From the NCBI GenBank assembly GCA_038203965.1, contig JBBRDL010000001.1, positions 1-58,905 on the forward strand: a stretch of 58,905 bases of DNA, read 5' to 3'. This DNA comes from Chitinophagales bacterium (GTDB lineage Bacteria > Bacteroidota > Bacteroidia > Chitinophagales > Saprospiraceae). Position 1 is the first letter of the stretch, and each line of letters begins with the position of its first letter. A program made the translations under genes and the position numbers. The notes beneath the pieces are model-generated. The model was not told the DNA's origin. It ran no database searches and saw nothing but the letters and a program-made list of their open reading frames with translations. Below, piece after piece: positions 19,322-30,200 of this stretch.

Positions 19322-20092
19322 ATGACAAAGATTGTCTGCATCGGAGCCGGGCGGCTGGCAAACCAACTTATGCCTGCACTTGAAGAAGCCGGTTGTGATG
19401 TTGTTCAGGTATTTAACCGTACCACCGAAAATGGACGGTTGCTTTCAGAAAAACTTAAATCGGCTACGTATACTTCTTCAATACAGGAAATTGAAACAGA
19501 TGCGGACCTCTATTTTCTGACCGTCGCTGATGATGCCATTCCTTTTGTTGCTGATCAGCTCATGGGTCACCTACCACAAGATGCTATCATCATGCATTGC
19601 TCTGGCATCCTAGGTCTTGATGTAATGCCTTTTAAGCGCAAAGCAGGATTTTATCCGCTACAGAGTTTTTCATCCAACCATGAAGTTTCGTGGCGATGGA
19701 TACCGCTGGTTATTACGACCCCGGATGAGGAAGTTTGGTTGGCATTAGATGAAATTGCAGGGCGTCTATCTTCGGCAGTATACCGAATGACGGAAGAGCA
19801 AAAATCGAACCTGCATATCGCTGCTGTTTTTGCCAATAATTTTTCAAACCACATGCTTACGCTTGCAGCGTCATTGTGTAATGCCCATCATCTTCCTTTT
19901 GAAATATTGAAACCCCTTATTCTGGAAACCTTTAGCAAAGCCATTTTGTCAGGACCGAGGGAAAGTCAAACCGGACCTGCTGTACGTGGAGATCAAAAGA
20001 CGATTGAAAAGCATCTGAGGCTATTGGCAGATCACCCGGAGTTGGAAGCCATATATAGTGTGGTGACGGAGAGTATTCGGAGAAATCATTGA
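19322..20092 (+). CDS. Rossmann-fold oxidoreductase-like protein with DUF2520 C-terminal domain
   Basis: IVCIGAGRLANQL dinucleotide-binding start and TGPAVRGDQKTIEKHL motif. ATG at 19322. Confidence 0.7.
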   Translation: MTKIVCIGAGRLANQLMPALEEAGCDVVQVFNRTTENGRLLSEKLKSATYTSSIQEIETDADLYFLTVADDAIPFVADQLMGHLPQDAIIMHCSGILGLDVMPFKRKAGFYPLQSFSSNHEVSWRWIPLVITTPDEEVWLALDEIAGRLSSAVYRMTEEQKSNLHIAAVFANNFSNHMLTLAASLCNAHHLPFEILKPLILETFSKAILSGPRESQTGPAVRGDQKTIEKHLRLLADHPELEAIYSVVTESIRRNH

Positions 20093-20211
20093 TGGTAAGC
20101 TGTCAGCTGTCAGACAATGCTATCGGCTTTGAGAAAAATTTAAACGCACTTCGGTGTAAAAAACACTTCGTACTAGACCATCACACTGAAAACTGGCAGC
20201 AGACAGCTTCT

Positions 20212-21126
20212 TCACTTCCTGCTCGGCAAAAGCTTAGCTACGATATCATCGTAGTAAGGTCTTTCCTTAAGACTGGAATGGGAGCCCGGAAAGAAAATAA
20301 GATCGAGTTCAATAAATTGATTGGTAGCATCAAAGTCGCGAAGGACCACGGCACATCGTTTGTCATTGATCAAACGGGTATTGTCAATCATTGGAAACTC
20401 AAAAAAGTCAACTACAAAAGTTGGATTGACCACTTTATCTTCTTTTCCAGGGATCCGAGTACCGATTTTCAGTGAAACCGAAACCGTTGAATTGACAGTA
20501 TCTTTCTCCTGGATCGACAGGTGGACAAAGTGGCTAATAGATTGTGTTTTATCTCCACTCGTGAAGGAGTCAATAAACATACAACTAAATGTATCATTGA
20601 CATTGAAGGCCAGCGAGTCGTAGAAATAAACAAACTTTTCTACAGTTGCTACGCCCTCGAGGGTGGCCAGTTGTTTGGTGGTCACCTCTTTGGACATATC
20701 GTATATCCTGTTTTTATATTTTGTATGCTGCACCCTATCAATAGTCTCATTATTATTACGCCGGTTGAGATACGTAAATAGGGGGGTCAGGTTCAGTGAT
20801 TCATGAAAATTATAGGCCAGAAGTTCCAGCTGAAGGATCTTTTCATCCATCGTCTTTGAATCCTGGAGAATAGTTCCGATGATCGAAGTAAACATATCCT
20901 TACGGAGTGCGCTTTCCGATTCTTCACGATTACTCATCAGCTCTGTGTAGAGCCTAGTTTTGGCTTCGTTCTCCTGATTTTTGTTGATATAGTCAGACGC
21001 ATAATAACTGACTATAGCGATTGTAATGGCTGTAATCAACCCACCTACTGGGTGTAAGATGATTTCAGCTTTGTCCCAGAAGTCTTTCCCGCCTTCCTGC
21101 TGCTCTACTGTTTTTTTAGTTGCCAT
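20212..21126 (-). CDS. hypothetical membrane-anchored protein
   Basis: 304 aa with one N-terminal TM (GGLITAITIAIVSYY), then a helical stretch and a beta-rich C-terminal part. I recognise no family. GC is about 37-43%. Confidence 0.55.
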   Translation of the reverse strand: MATKKTVEQQEGGKDFWDKAEIILHPVGGLITAITIAIVSYYASDYINKNQENEAKTRLYTELMSNREESESALRKDMFTSIIGTILQDSKTMDEKILQLELLAYNFHESLNLTPLFTYLNRRNNNETIDRVQHTKYKNRIYDMSKEVTTKQLATLEGVATVEKFVYFYDSLAFNVNDTFSCMFIDSFTSGDKTQSISHFVHLSIQEKDTVNSTVSVSLKIGTRIPGKEDKVVNPTFVVDFFEFPMIDNTRLINDKRCAVVLRDFDATNQFIELDLIFFPGSHSSLKERPYYDDIVAKLLPSRK

Positions 21127-21431
21127 ACATCACCTGCTTTTACGAGAGTCAACGTATACCCTGTAGAGTTGTTGGTTGAAAACACATCAAAAGTGGCACC
21201 TGCATGGTCAGCAACTTCGAGCTTATATTTTCCAACTTCCTTAATCGTCACGGAAAAATATCCGTTTTTATCCGTCGTGGTCGTGGCGATGACCTTACCG
21301 GCCTGTGTTATATTAACTACCTGGCTGATCACGGGCTCTCCGTCTTTTTTGATGGTTCCAAAAATCTCTCCTGCAAAGGTCAACGAAGGGATGAAAAAGA
21401 GCAGCGATAAGATGATGTTTCTGGTATTCAT
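21105..21431 (-). CDS. small secreted CarboxypepD_reg-like protein
   Basis: 108 aa with a signal peptide, then GEIFGTIKKDGEPV...TDKNGYFSV. Overlaps the downstream ORF by 22 nt. Confidence 0.55.
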   Translation of the reverse strand: MNTRNIILSLLFFIPSLTFAGEIFGTIKKDGEPVISQVVNITQAGKVIATTTTDKNGYFSVTIKEVGKYKLEVADHAGATFDVFSTNNSTGYTLTLVKAGDVWQLKKQ

Positions 21432-21682
21432 AATTTATATTTTTTAAAGCTCGTTAGAGATTAAAGGCTGGATATACCATGCCCTGATGTAAAAATAGGT
21501 CATTTTAGAAAAGGAGTGAGGCACAAATCTCAATGTCATACCGGATCTCATCTGCTTAACAGCCCATAAATCAAGTACGCCAAGATAACGCACTTCACTG
21601 CAGTTTGTTACAAAATGAGGATTCCCGACCTGTCCGTAAGCGTATTTTAACCTGCCTTTAACCTTTGGAGGAAAAGGGGCCC

Positions 21683-21770
21683 TCCCGCGGACGCAGGTTT
21701 AACCTACGCCCAACTTTGTTTTTTCTTAACCCAACTTTGTTTTTTCTTAGCCCAACTTTGCTTTTTATTA
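21683..21770 (+). repeat. 35-nt hairpin motif followed by 21-nt tandem repeat x about 2.8
   Basis: TCCCGCGGACGCAGGTTTAACCTACGCCCAACTTT, then CAACTTTGTTTTTTCTTARCC units at 21711, 21732 and 21753. Confidence 0.85.
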
Positions 21771-21822
21771 TTTTTTGACTTATGTCTTCTTTCTCCCGAC
21801 AAATCCTTCTCCCTTCAACTTG

Positions 21823-22446
21823 CTATCCGCTCTTCACCTTTATCAAAGCTGAAATCACATCCAAAGCGCATTCATAATGCGTATGATTATTGATCACGAA
21901 GTCTGCTTGCCGTTTGAAAGGTTCAATGAATGATCTGTAGGCGGGCAGCACATGATATTCATAGCGATACAATACATCTTCCAGCGGATAATTTCGTTCA
22001 CCTGCATCCCTGATGATCCGTCGCTTGAGTTTGATGACATCTTCGGCATCAATAAATATTTTGAGATCCAGGAGATCACGGATTTCATCGAAATAAAAAA
22101 CAAAAAGACCTTCGACGAGGATCACAGGGGCAGGGTTATAGGTGAAAATAGTCGAGGTTTGTTTAGGATTATTAAATACATATTGTTCCTTCTGAACCTG
22201 TTTGCCTGAAACCAAAATCTGAATATCTCTTAGAAAGGAGGCGTCATCAATCGATTGTGGAAGATCAAAATTCTGATATCCGGCATCGTCCCATATTTGT
22301 TTTTCGCGGGGATGATAATACTCATCCTGGGAGATGATACAGAGTTGGTCCTCCTTGAAAATATGGCGCAATTCATGAATAATACGTGTCTTCCCGGATC
22401 CGCTGCCGCCGGTGATACCGATAAGGTAAGGTTTCGATTCAGTCAT
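21823..22446 (-). CDS. udk: uridine kinase
   Basis: P-loop GITGGSGSGKT and typical Udk length and layout (207 aa). Confidence 0.85.
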   Translation of the reverse strand: MTESKPYLIGITGGSGSGKTRIIHELRHIFKEDQLCIISQDEYYHPREKQIWDDAGYQNFDLPQSIDDASFLRDIQILVSGKQVQKEQYVFNNPKQTSTIFTYNPAPVILVEGLFVFYFDEIRDLLDLKIFIDAEDVIKLKRRIIRDAGERNYPLEDVLYRYEYHVLPAYRSFIEPFKRQADFVINNHTHYECALDVISALIKVKSG

Positions 22447-22780
22447 TACTTACTTATATGTGGGCGAAAATAAAGAAAAATTAAGTGAGCAAAAATAGAT
22501 GTGGATCCTTGCATTTGAAGCTATTCTCATTAACACTTTGCTTATTACCAAGTACATACGGCCATTTGTTGACTTTTTTTAATCGCAGAATACGCAGAAT
22601 TATTTTAAAAAGTGGATTTCCACAAATTTGAATTTCCTTAAAATTGTTTACGCCAATGCCTTCGCACACGTGGACGATCCCTTGCCAGCTGCTTTTTGTG
22701 AATCTGATAACTGGAAGCTGGTAGCTGCACACTTCCTTTAATTCTAAAAAATCTTACTTTACACGTCTTATTACAACCCT

Positions 22781-24094
22781 ATGTATTGGATGGAAGGCCT
22801 GGGCCGGGCAATTCTTGGAATAGCTTTTCTTATTGGTGCATGTTATCTCCTGAGCAAAAAGAGAAAGCAGATCAACTGGCGTACGATCGGTTTATCATTA
22901 CTTATGCAGATCGTTCTGGCGCTATTGATCCTCAAAGTACCGTTCTTTAATACAATCTTTGACTGGATAGCTTCGGTGTTTGTCAAGGTGCTTCAGTATG
23001 CGCAGTATGGATCTGAATTTTTATTTGGTTCCCTGGTCACCAAGTCGGATTCATTCGGATATATTTTTGCTTTCCAGGTATTACCAACGATTGTTTTTTT
23101 CTCGGCCCTGTCGAGCATCCTATACTATTTTGGTATCCTCCAGGTCGTTGTAAAAGGCATGGCCTGGGTCATGGCAAAAACTCTGAAGATTTCAGGACCT
23201 GAAAGTCTCTCCGCTGCAGGCAATGTTTTTCTGGGACAGACTGAAGCGCCTCTTCTGATACGTCCATACCTTGAAAAAATGACCCGGTCTGAAATCCTCT
23301 GTATTATGTCAGGCGGGATGGCCACTATCGCCGGTGGTGTCTTTGCTGCTTATATCGGATACCTCGGTGGGGATGATCCCGAGGCTAGGGTATATTTTGC
23401 AAAACATCTGCTTACTGCCTCCATCATTTCAGCCCCTGCTGCTGTAATGGCTGCAAAACTTCTCCTACCTGAAACTGAAAAAATACACAATGCCGAAAAC
23501 CTGGACATGGTGAAATCCGAAGCCAATAATTTGCTCGATGCCATCTCCACCGGCACCACAGACGGTTTAAAACTCGCCGTCAATGTTGGCGTGATGCTAT
23601 TGGTATTTACCGCCCTCATATATCTTGCCAATGGTATGCTCCTCAAAGTGGGCCAGATCGGCGGATTAAACGAATGGGTCATAAATATCACCGGAGGAAA
23701 ATATGAAGGCTTCAATTTCACTTTCATTTTAGGTGTATTATTCAGTCCTGTAGCCTGGCTTCTGGGCACGCCGTCGCAGGATATAATGCAGATCGGTCAA
23801 TTGCTTGGACAAAAGACAATGATCAATGAATTTGTGGCTTATGCTGAATTAAATAATCTTCGGACTGCAGGGACCAACCTGGATCCCAAATCTATCCTTA
23901 TCGCTACCTATGCGCTTTGCGGGTTTTCAAATTTTGCCTCTATCGGAATTCAAATAGGTGGTATTGGAGCTCTCGCTCCGGGGCAGCGCAAAACATTAAC
24001 TGAACTTGGTATCTATGCCCTTATTGCCGGTACGATAGCCTCCTTCTTCACGGCTATTCTGGCAGGCGCACTATACAATATCGGCAGCTATTGA
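22781..24094 (+). CDS. NupC/concentrative nucleoside transporter family protein
   Basis: 437-aa polytopic protein with CNT-like blocks (GNVFLGQTEAPLLIRPY, MSGGMATIAGGV). Divergent from udk. Confidence 0.85.
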   Translation: MYWMEGLGRAILGIAFLIGACYLLSKKRKQINWRTIGLSLLMQIVLALLILKVPFFNTIFDWIASVFVKVLQYAQYGSEFLFGSLVTKSDSFGYIFAFQVLPTIVFFSALSSILYYFGILQVVVKGMAWVMAKTLKISGPESLSAAGNVFLGQTEAPLLIRPYLEKMTRSEILCIMSGGMATIAGGVFAAYIGYLGGDDPEARVYFAKHLLTASIISAPAAVMAAKLLLPETEKIHNAENLDMVKSEANNLLDAISTGTTDGLKLAVNVGVMLLVFTALIYLANGMLLKVGQIGGLNEWVINITGGKYEGFNFTFILGVLFSPVAWLLGTPSQDIMQIGQLLGQKTMINEFVAYAELNNLRTAGTNLDPKSILIATYALCGFSNFASIGIQIGGIGALAPGQRKTLTELGIYALIAGTIASFFTAILAGALYNIGSY

Positions 24095-25227
24095 TGACTA
24101 AGGGCAAGCGATAATCGCTCTGTTTGAAATAATTTTGATTCGCCTGTATTTTCATTAAACAAGAGCGCGGTTATACGTGCTTCAATGAGTGAGGTCTTTT
24201 GATGGATCGGTGATACACCATAGAAACTCACCTGATCAATATATACGCCAGCTTCTGCCGGCTGTAGCCCACCCGAGCTCCGCCAGTTTACTCCATTCTT
24301 ATCCTGGTAAACGAACTCCATCCGATCTGCCTTAACAGATGGTGATTCATTTTCTACCGGTAAGCTGGTAAGGGAAATGGGGACATAGCAAGGATCCACT
24401 ACGCCTTGAAGTAGTAAGATGGTCTGGGATAGATCCGATCTATTACCCAACGCGTCAATCACAGTTACTTCAGCATGTATATCAACCGTACTATCCTGAA
24501 GTGTCACAACGATACTAGGGGTAGTCGCTCCGTTGTACCATTCGTATTGGAATGGAGGTGTGCCCATAGGCCTTACACTGAGACTGACATGTCGTGGGCT
24601 TTCCAGTTTTGCTTCAATTGATACCAGGCAAGGCACTTGTGTTGCCGGATCAAAATAAATACACTGTGTGTATTGACATCCGGTAAAGGCGAGGGACTGG
24701 AAACAAACATTTATCGTCTGCTGGTATCCGACTGTACTTTGAAATTCATGGAAAAATGAAGTGGCTGAAGCATCATTAAGATCTTCCCAATAACTAAAAC
24801 CACTCATGAAGAGGCCTGGATGAGTGGTCAATAAAACATCAAAACTATCCAGTTCCAGGTTAGACATCACCAAATCCTTTTCTCCAACATCTAACGTATT
24901 GCTAAATGCCAGCGTTGGATCACTTATTAAAGGCAAAGACTGGAAAAATCTGAAAGACCATGAAGGAGCGCATTGCTCCAGACAGCCATCCTGACTTAAG
25001 ACAGCCGTATACACGTTTAATGAATCCTCTTGCCCGACGACAGGAAGCATCGTCCATAAATTTTTCCCTGCTTCGATGTCAATTGACTCATTGCCAAATG
25101 ATGCCTTCATACCAAAAGATGAATCAGCTGAAAAGCCAGTGGGAATATCCTGTGGGTCCTTGACACATGAGATCAACAATCCGATCAGAATAAACACAAA
25201 TACCATATGAAGTTTTCTAGCGTCCAT
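24088..25227 (-). CDS. lipoprotein of unknown function carrying one P.F.YEW.NG.TT repeat
   Basis: Signal plus lipobox-like LLISC. Contains PPFQYEWYNGATTPSI, the same motif class as the repeats of the 27274-30498 protein. Overlaps the upstream gene by 11 nt. Confidence 0.65.
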   Translation of the reverse strand: MDARKLHMVFVFILIGLLISCVKDPQDIPTGFSADSSFGMKASFGNESIDIEAGKNLWTMLPVVGQEDSLNVYTAVLSQDGCLEQCAPSWSFRFFQSLPLISDPTLAFSNTLDVGEKDLVMSNLELDSFDVLLTTHPGLFMSGFSYWEDLNDASATSFFHEFQSTVGYQQTINVCFQSLAFTGCQYTQCIYFDPATQVPCLVSIEAKLESPRHVSLSVRPMGTPPFQYEWYNGATTPSIVVTLQDSTVDIHAEVTVIDALGNRSDLSQTILLLQGVVDPCYVPISLTSLPVENESPSVKADRMEFVYQDKNGVNWRSSGGLQPAEAGVYIDQVSFYGVSPIHQKTSLIEARITALLFNENTGESKLFQTERLSLALSHQ

Positions 25228-26620
25228 AGATAAGGTAGTTTAAAGTGACAAAAGGATGTAATGCAGCTATTGCCCCATTCCAGTAATACCCTTCCTGAGT
25301 TAAGGCAGCGTCAGGAATAGTGATGGAAGAAAAATAAATATCGGTCCCTGCCATAGCTGACAGCCGAGGTGTGAGTTGATACCCGTAAGAGACATCTGCT
25401 GTCCAATTTAATTTGCGAAGGCCATTTGTATTTAACCAGGTATTGGTTGAAGTTTCTAACATGTCTGGAAAAAACTGATCCTTTGATTGAATCACAATAG
25501 TACCCTGGGCACCATATAAATATTGAATCCCTCCATGCACGCCTAACAGATGACGATGCATCCGATACTGTAGTCCGAATCTCGTGTATATAAAATAAAG
25601 CCTTTCCGGCGTCAGTGTATTAAAACTACTTCTTGTCCCAAAACCTGACTGATTTACTGTTGATGTCCGTTCAAAATCAAAACCCCCATCCTGCATCAAA
25701 TAACCTAAAGACCATGCCAATTGGACTTTCGGACTGAGTTTAAAACCAAGACCGGCCCCTGCCCGAAATTTCCATCCAGATGTATAATCCGGCTTGGATG
25801 CAAAAATCATCCCGACTCCTGTTTCACCAAAAAGATAAAGTGATTTTTTAAAAGAAGTTTGTGCTTTGATTAAACCCGGTACATCATTGGATGTATAATG
25901 AATTCCTTCCACCAGGAGTGGATCAATATATTGTGTAGCATGGTTAGTTCTCTTCTCCGGAAAATTCGTTGCAGCTAATTCAGGTTCCGCATTTAGTTCA
26001 GCACTTTTTATAATAACGGCTACTGGTTGAGTTGTCATTGTAACAGAACGCATAGCCTCATCATCCACGAGGAAATAACCGTTTGCAGCAGGATCAATTT
26101 GTTGGAGTGATTTACCTGATTGCTCATCTGACCGGACATTAGGATAGACTGCAGAAGAAGTTTTGTTTTGCAGCGCTGAGGATGTTTTAGAAGTATATGA
26201 TTTATTTGAAGATAGTACGTCACTCGATGATGTGGGTGTATTTAACCCAGATGACGAAGATCCAGCATTGACTGATTGTTCCATCGTCGTGGTTGGTTGC
26301 TTATCAGTGGTATTGGATTCTTGTAAAACTTGATTTTGCTGTGTGCTACCGGAAGCCAATTCATCCTTGGCAGTTGGCTTCTCTTCGCCCGTTTTTTCTT
26401 GCTTAGGCAAGTCCATTCTTCCTTCATCTTTGTTCGTCAAAAAGAAGAAACCAACGACTACTGTGGCGACTATCAAACCACCGAGCCACCAGAAGGGAAA
26501 TATTCCCCGGCGATTTTTATCATTGAGGAGCTCTATCATTTCCGAACGATGTTTTTCATCCATTGGAAATTGCTTCTCCTCCCATTTCCTTTTCAGGATA
26601 TCATCGAAGTTTTCTTTCAT
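25217..26620 (-). CDS. anti-sigma-like membrane protein with Ser/Thr-rich linker and beta-barrel-like C-terminal domain
   Basis: A 4-nt overlap with the ECF sigma gene. About 40 cytoplasmic aa, one TM (FWWLGGLIVATVVVGFFFL), and a roughly 150-aa low-complexity S/T/Q linker. The C-terminal ~220 aa show alternating hydrophobicity and an aromatic-rich end (NYLIYGR). Confidence 0.6.
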   Translation of the reverse strand: MKENFDDILKRKWEEKQFPMDEKHRSEMIELLNDKNRRGIFPFWWLGGLIVATVVVGFFFLTNKDEGRMDLPKQEKTGEEKPTAKDELASGSTQQNQVLQESNTTDKQPTTTMEQSVNAGSSSSGLNTPTSSSDVLSSNKSYTSKTSSALQNKTSSAVYPNVRSDEQSGKSLQQIDPAANGYFLVDDEAMRSVTMTTQPVAVIIKSAELNAEPELAATNFPEKRTNHATQYIDPLLVEGIHYTSNDVPGLIKAQTSFKKSLYLFGETGVGMIFASKPDYTSGWKFRAGAGLGFKLSPKVQLAWSLGYLMQDGGFDFERTSTVNQSGFGTRSSFNTLTPERLYFIYTRFGLQYRMHRHLLGVHGGIQYLYGAQGTIVIQSKDQFFPDMLETSTNTWLNTNGLRKLNWTADVSYGYQLTPRLSAMAGTDIYFSSITIPDAALTQEGYYWNGAIAALHPFVTLNYLIYGR

Positions 26621-27180
26621 TTCAATGATGTTGTTTTAACCTCTTTAACTAATAATTCTTTGATCTTCTTACGTGCTTCGTGAACATGCCACTTGGAGGT
26701 CCCTTCCGAAATATTCAAAAGGGCTGCTATTTCTTTATGTGCATATCCGTCGATTGCAAACAAATTGAAGACCTGTTTGTCCATCGGAGACAACTTGTTG
26801 ATAACCGACATCAGGTAATCGATATCGGTTTCTTCTGTGATCTGGCTTTCCTCATGAGAAGGCCAATCCATATCCTGTGTCAGCTGGCCATAATAGACAT
26901 GGTGCTGGTAATGTTTCTGCTGCGATCTGAATTCATCAATAATGCTTCTCAGCGTAATCTTTGAAATCCAGGCTTTGAAAGATCCATTCTGATCAAACTG
27001 CCCAAGGTGTTGAAGTACTTTTAAAAAACTCAGATTAAGTCTGGAACCTGCTTCGTGCTTGTCCGTACAATATCTAATACAAATAGACATCATGTAACTG
27101 TAGCATTGGTCATATAGCCGGAGCTGAGCCTTCCGGTCTCCCTGTATACACTGCCTGATCAGTCGTTCTTCTATATTCAT
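26617..27180 (-). CDS. ECF-type RNA polymerase sigma-70 factor
   Basis: 187 aa with region 2 (FKAWISKITLRSIIDEFR) and region 4 HTH (YAHKEIAALLNISEGTSKWHVHEARKKI). Confidence 0.9.
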   Translation of the reverse strand: MNIEERLIRQCIQGDRKAQLRLYDQCYSYMMSICIRYCTDKHEAGSRLNLSFLKVLQHLGQFDQNGSFKAWISKITLRSIIDEFRSQQKHYQHHVYYGQLTQDMDWPSHEESQITEETDIDYLMSVINKLSPMDKQVFNLFAIDGYAHKEIAALLNISEGTSKWHVHEARKKIKELLVKEVKTTSLK

Positions 27181-27273
27181 ACAAGATGTAGAAAAGGCCG
27201 CCGACGCATCATTCCCTCTAAATGACTTGCCGGCAGCCTCTTTCTCAAAAAGAGATCTTTAGTATCCTGAACA

Positions 27274-30200
27274 TTAATCTTGTTTTATAAAGCGTCCGAA
27301 GTAGAGGCTCTGATCACCCTTCAGATTGATTTGATACAACCCGGGAGCAAATGATCCGAGACTTATATTGATGACGCCATTTGTATTTCTTTCGCTGCCC
27401 GCAGAGACAACTTTTCCTTGCATGTCTATCAATTGGAATTGATAATTTGTATTCACACCTGGCACAGGAATATTGATTTCATGTTTAGCAGGATTAGGAT
27501 ATAACTTGATCTCTTGCATGACAGGTTCTTCCACTGCAACTGATCCCTGATCAACGATCAGCGTGACGTTGAGGCGCTCAGGATTTTCAGGTGTCAAGGT
27601 TACCCATATATCAGGTGATGTAAGTCCCGCGATATCATAACTAATCCTGTACGTACCATATGGCAGATCAGTAAAACGGAAACCTCCATCAGGCATACTA
27701 TAGGCATATCCAAGTGGCTGCCCCTGTGCATCTTTGATTAGTACTGTCGCACCCGATAAGCCACCTAAACCTCTTGACTCTTCATCTTCTCCGGCAACCA
27801 GACGGTTAGGATCAGTGATAAATCCGCCGATCACTCCACCGCCACCATTAGGAATATTAGCGCTGACCATTAAAATATCTGTTGTCACCGTTAACCAGTT
27901 TGGCAATACATGAGGCATTGCTGCTTCCCATGTTGTACTATTCCAATGATAGGTCGGAATAAAATCAGCAGCATTAGCTGAACCAGATTCTAATGCAGCT
28001 TTAACAAGATATATGCCATCCGCTAAGCCATCGATTGAATAAAATCCATTCACTATGAGCGATGAATCCGCCACCTCAAACGAAGTACCTGTATAAAGCT
28101 CATATTTATAAGCAAATACCTGTCCTTGAAGAGATACAAGAGTGTCACCAAAAACATACCCGCTGATCACGTTCTGTGCTCCACCCGGAATAAGGGAATC
28201 TATAGTAATACATGTAGTAGCTACGCATCCAAAAATCGTTGTAACCTTAGCACAATAGGTGCCTGGTTCTGCAATTTCAAGCCACTGCAACGTATCTCCT
28301 GTAGACCAGTATACCAATGCAACCGGATCAGCAGATTGAATCTGAATAGTAGGATATGGACTAGGACTATAATATAAACTCACGTAACAACTGTCATACT
28401 CGAAGTTACAACCTGAGGCTACGCATCCGATCGAATCAGTCACGGTGACGCATAAATCATGAAAACCAAAATCTATTTGCACAGCAGGTTCAGTACTGCC
28501 ATTAGACCAGAGGTAAGAGAAAGGTGGAATACCCCAAGCGTTAGCCGTATATTCAACATATAATCCTGAAGACGGATCTGCAGCAATCCATACACCGCAG
28601 GTATCAATATTCCAGAAGTAAATATACGCACATGCTGTATGGATACATCCTCCACCGGTTACCGTAACACAATATTCACCTTCTGTAGTGACCGTGATGA
28701 CAGGTCCTGTTTCACCTGTACTCCAGAGGAATGTTCCATTTTGATTGGGATCATTATAGATGGTTGCGGTCAACTCAGCCGTATTATTCGACAAGTAATT
28801 AGTGGATATATACGTCTCACAAGGAAGATAGAACGAATCTGCACAAGCAACCGTCTCACAGCCAAATGAAGAAGTGACGGTAACGCAGTTATAATCTGTT
28901 GGATTATTAATCGCTGTTATGGCGTTGGTGTCACCATTAGACCACAGATATTCAAATGTTCCGAAGCCCCATACATAGGCTTCAGCATACCATTGCCCCG
29001 AGCTATCTGGATATTGAATGACCCATGCCGAACAGTTAGTGCCAAGATTTTCGAAGTCTACATAGGTGCATGCTTCAGCAATACAACCTTCCCCAAGGGT
29101 GACGGTCACACAATACTCTCCTGATTCAGTTACGGTCAGGACCTGTGTTGTTGCCCCATTTGACCATAGGTAGGATGGTGGTATTCCCCCAGGCAAATTG
29201 AAAATCGAATCAGTATAGACATATAAAATAGCCGTAGAGGTATCCACATAATCCAGATCAATCCACGCATAACAAAAATTACTGCCGTCAAAACATCCTG
29301 TGGAAACACAATCGTTTGCATCTGTCACCGTCGCACAATACGTCAGTGAAGGATCTTGGGGGTAAATATACTCTGTCGTTTCCCCTGTGCTCCATAGGTA
29401 TATTAATGGTAGAGCAGGTGTATAAGCTATCGCCTGTAAGGCAAATGTATTAGAATCAGAAACGAAAGCGTGGACATAGGTATAACATGAATCTTGTCCC
29501 CAACCGTAATCATAACAGGATGAAGTGGAGCAACCAACGGCATCGTACATCGTGACACAATACAAACCGGGACCATTAGGGTATAACACTTGAGAAGTGT
29601 CTCCAGTATTCCAAATATAATAAATGGGCATCTGACCATATCCCTGTGCATATAAGCCGCCGATACCAGGGTCTTCGTAAATGTAAACTTCACAGAAATT
29701 GAAACCTTCAACAATAATACAGGTAGCATAAGAACAACCTGATGCGTCGGTTACCGTTACACAATAAGTACCTTCACCAACATCTTCCAAGGTTGAAGTG
29801 GTTTGTCCGTTTGACCATTGATATGCAAAAGGTGCAATACCTGAAGGAATGACTTCAAGATTGAACGTACTGCTATCAGGATTCATATACGAAACGATGT
29901 AGGCAAAACAAAAGCCTGTGGAATCAAGATTGACTTCTATACAATCTGTGAGGGTACAAGTAGTATCGGGATATACCGCAGTAACACAATACGTACCTGA
30001 GGACTGTGGAATGATCGTCTGCGTCGTTTCACCTGTTGTCCAGCTAAATTGTGTTGCAAATCCTGGTGGAGTCCAGGCTGTCAACTGAAGCTGACCCTGC
30101 GGATTCCACTCTTCGATTATAAATAAAATACATGAATCTATCATGAACTCCTGGCAGTATATAAAATCGGCCTGGAATATTTCATCACCATTGAGTATTG

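Noticed and set aside
20089-20475. 128-aa + strand ORF overlapping the 3' end of the 304-aa minus-strand gene
   Set aside because: It begins in the repeat-bearing spacer, overlaps the better-supported minus ORF for 260 nt, and has no family resemblance.
22481-22732. 83-aa minus-strand ORF in the udk / NupC-type divergent promoter region
   Set aside because: It has odd composition and covers the AGCTGG-type repeat and the likely promoters of both flanking genes.
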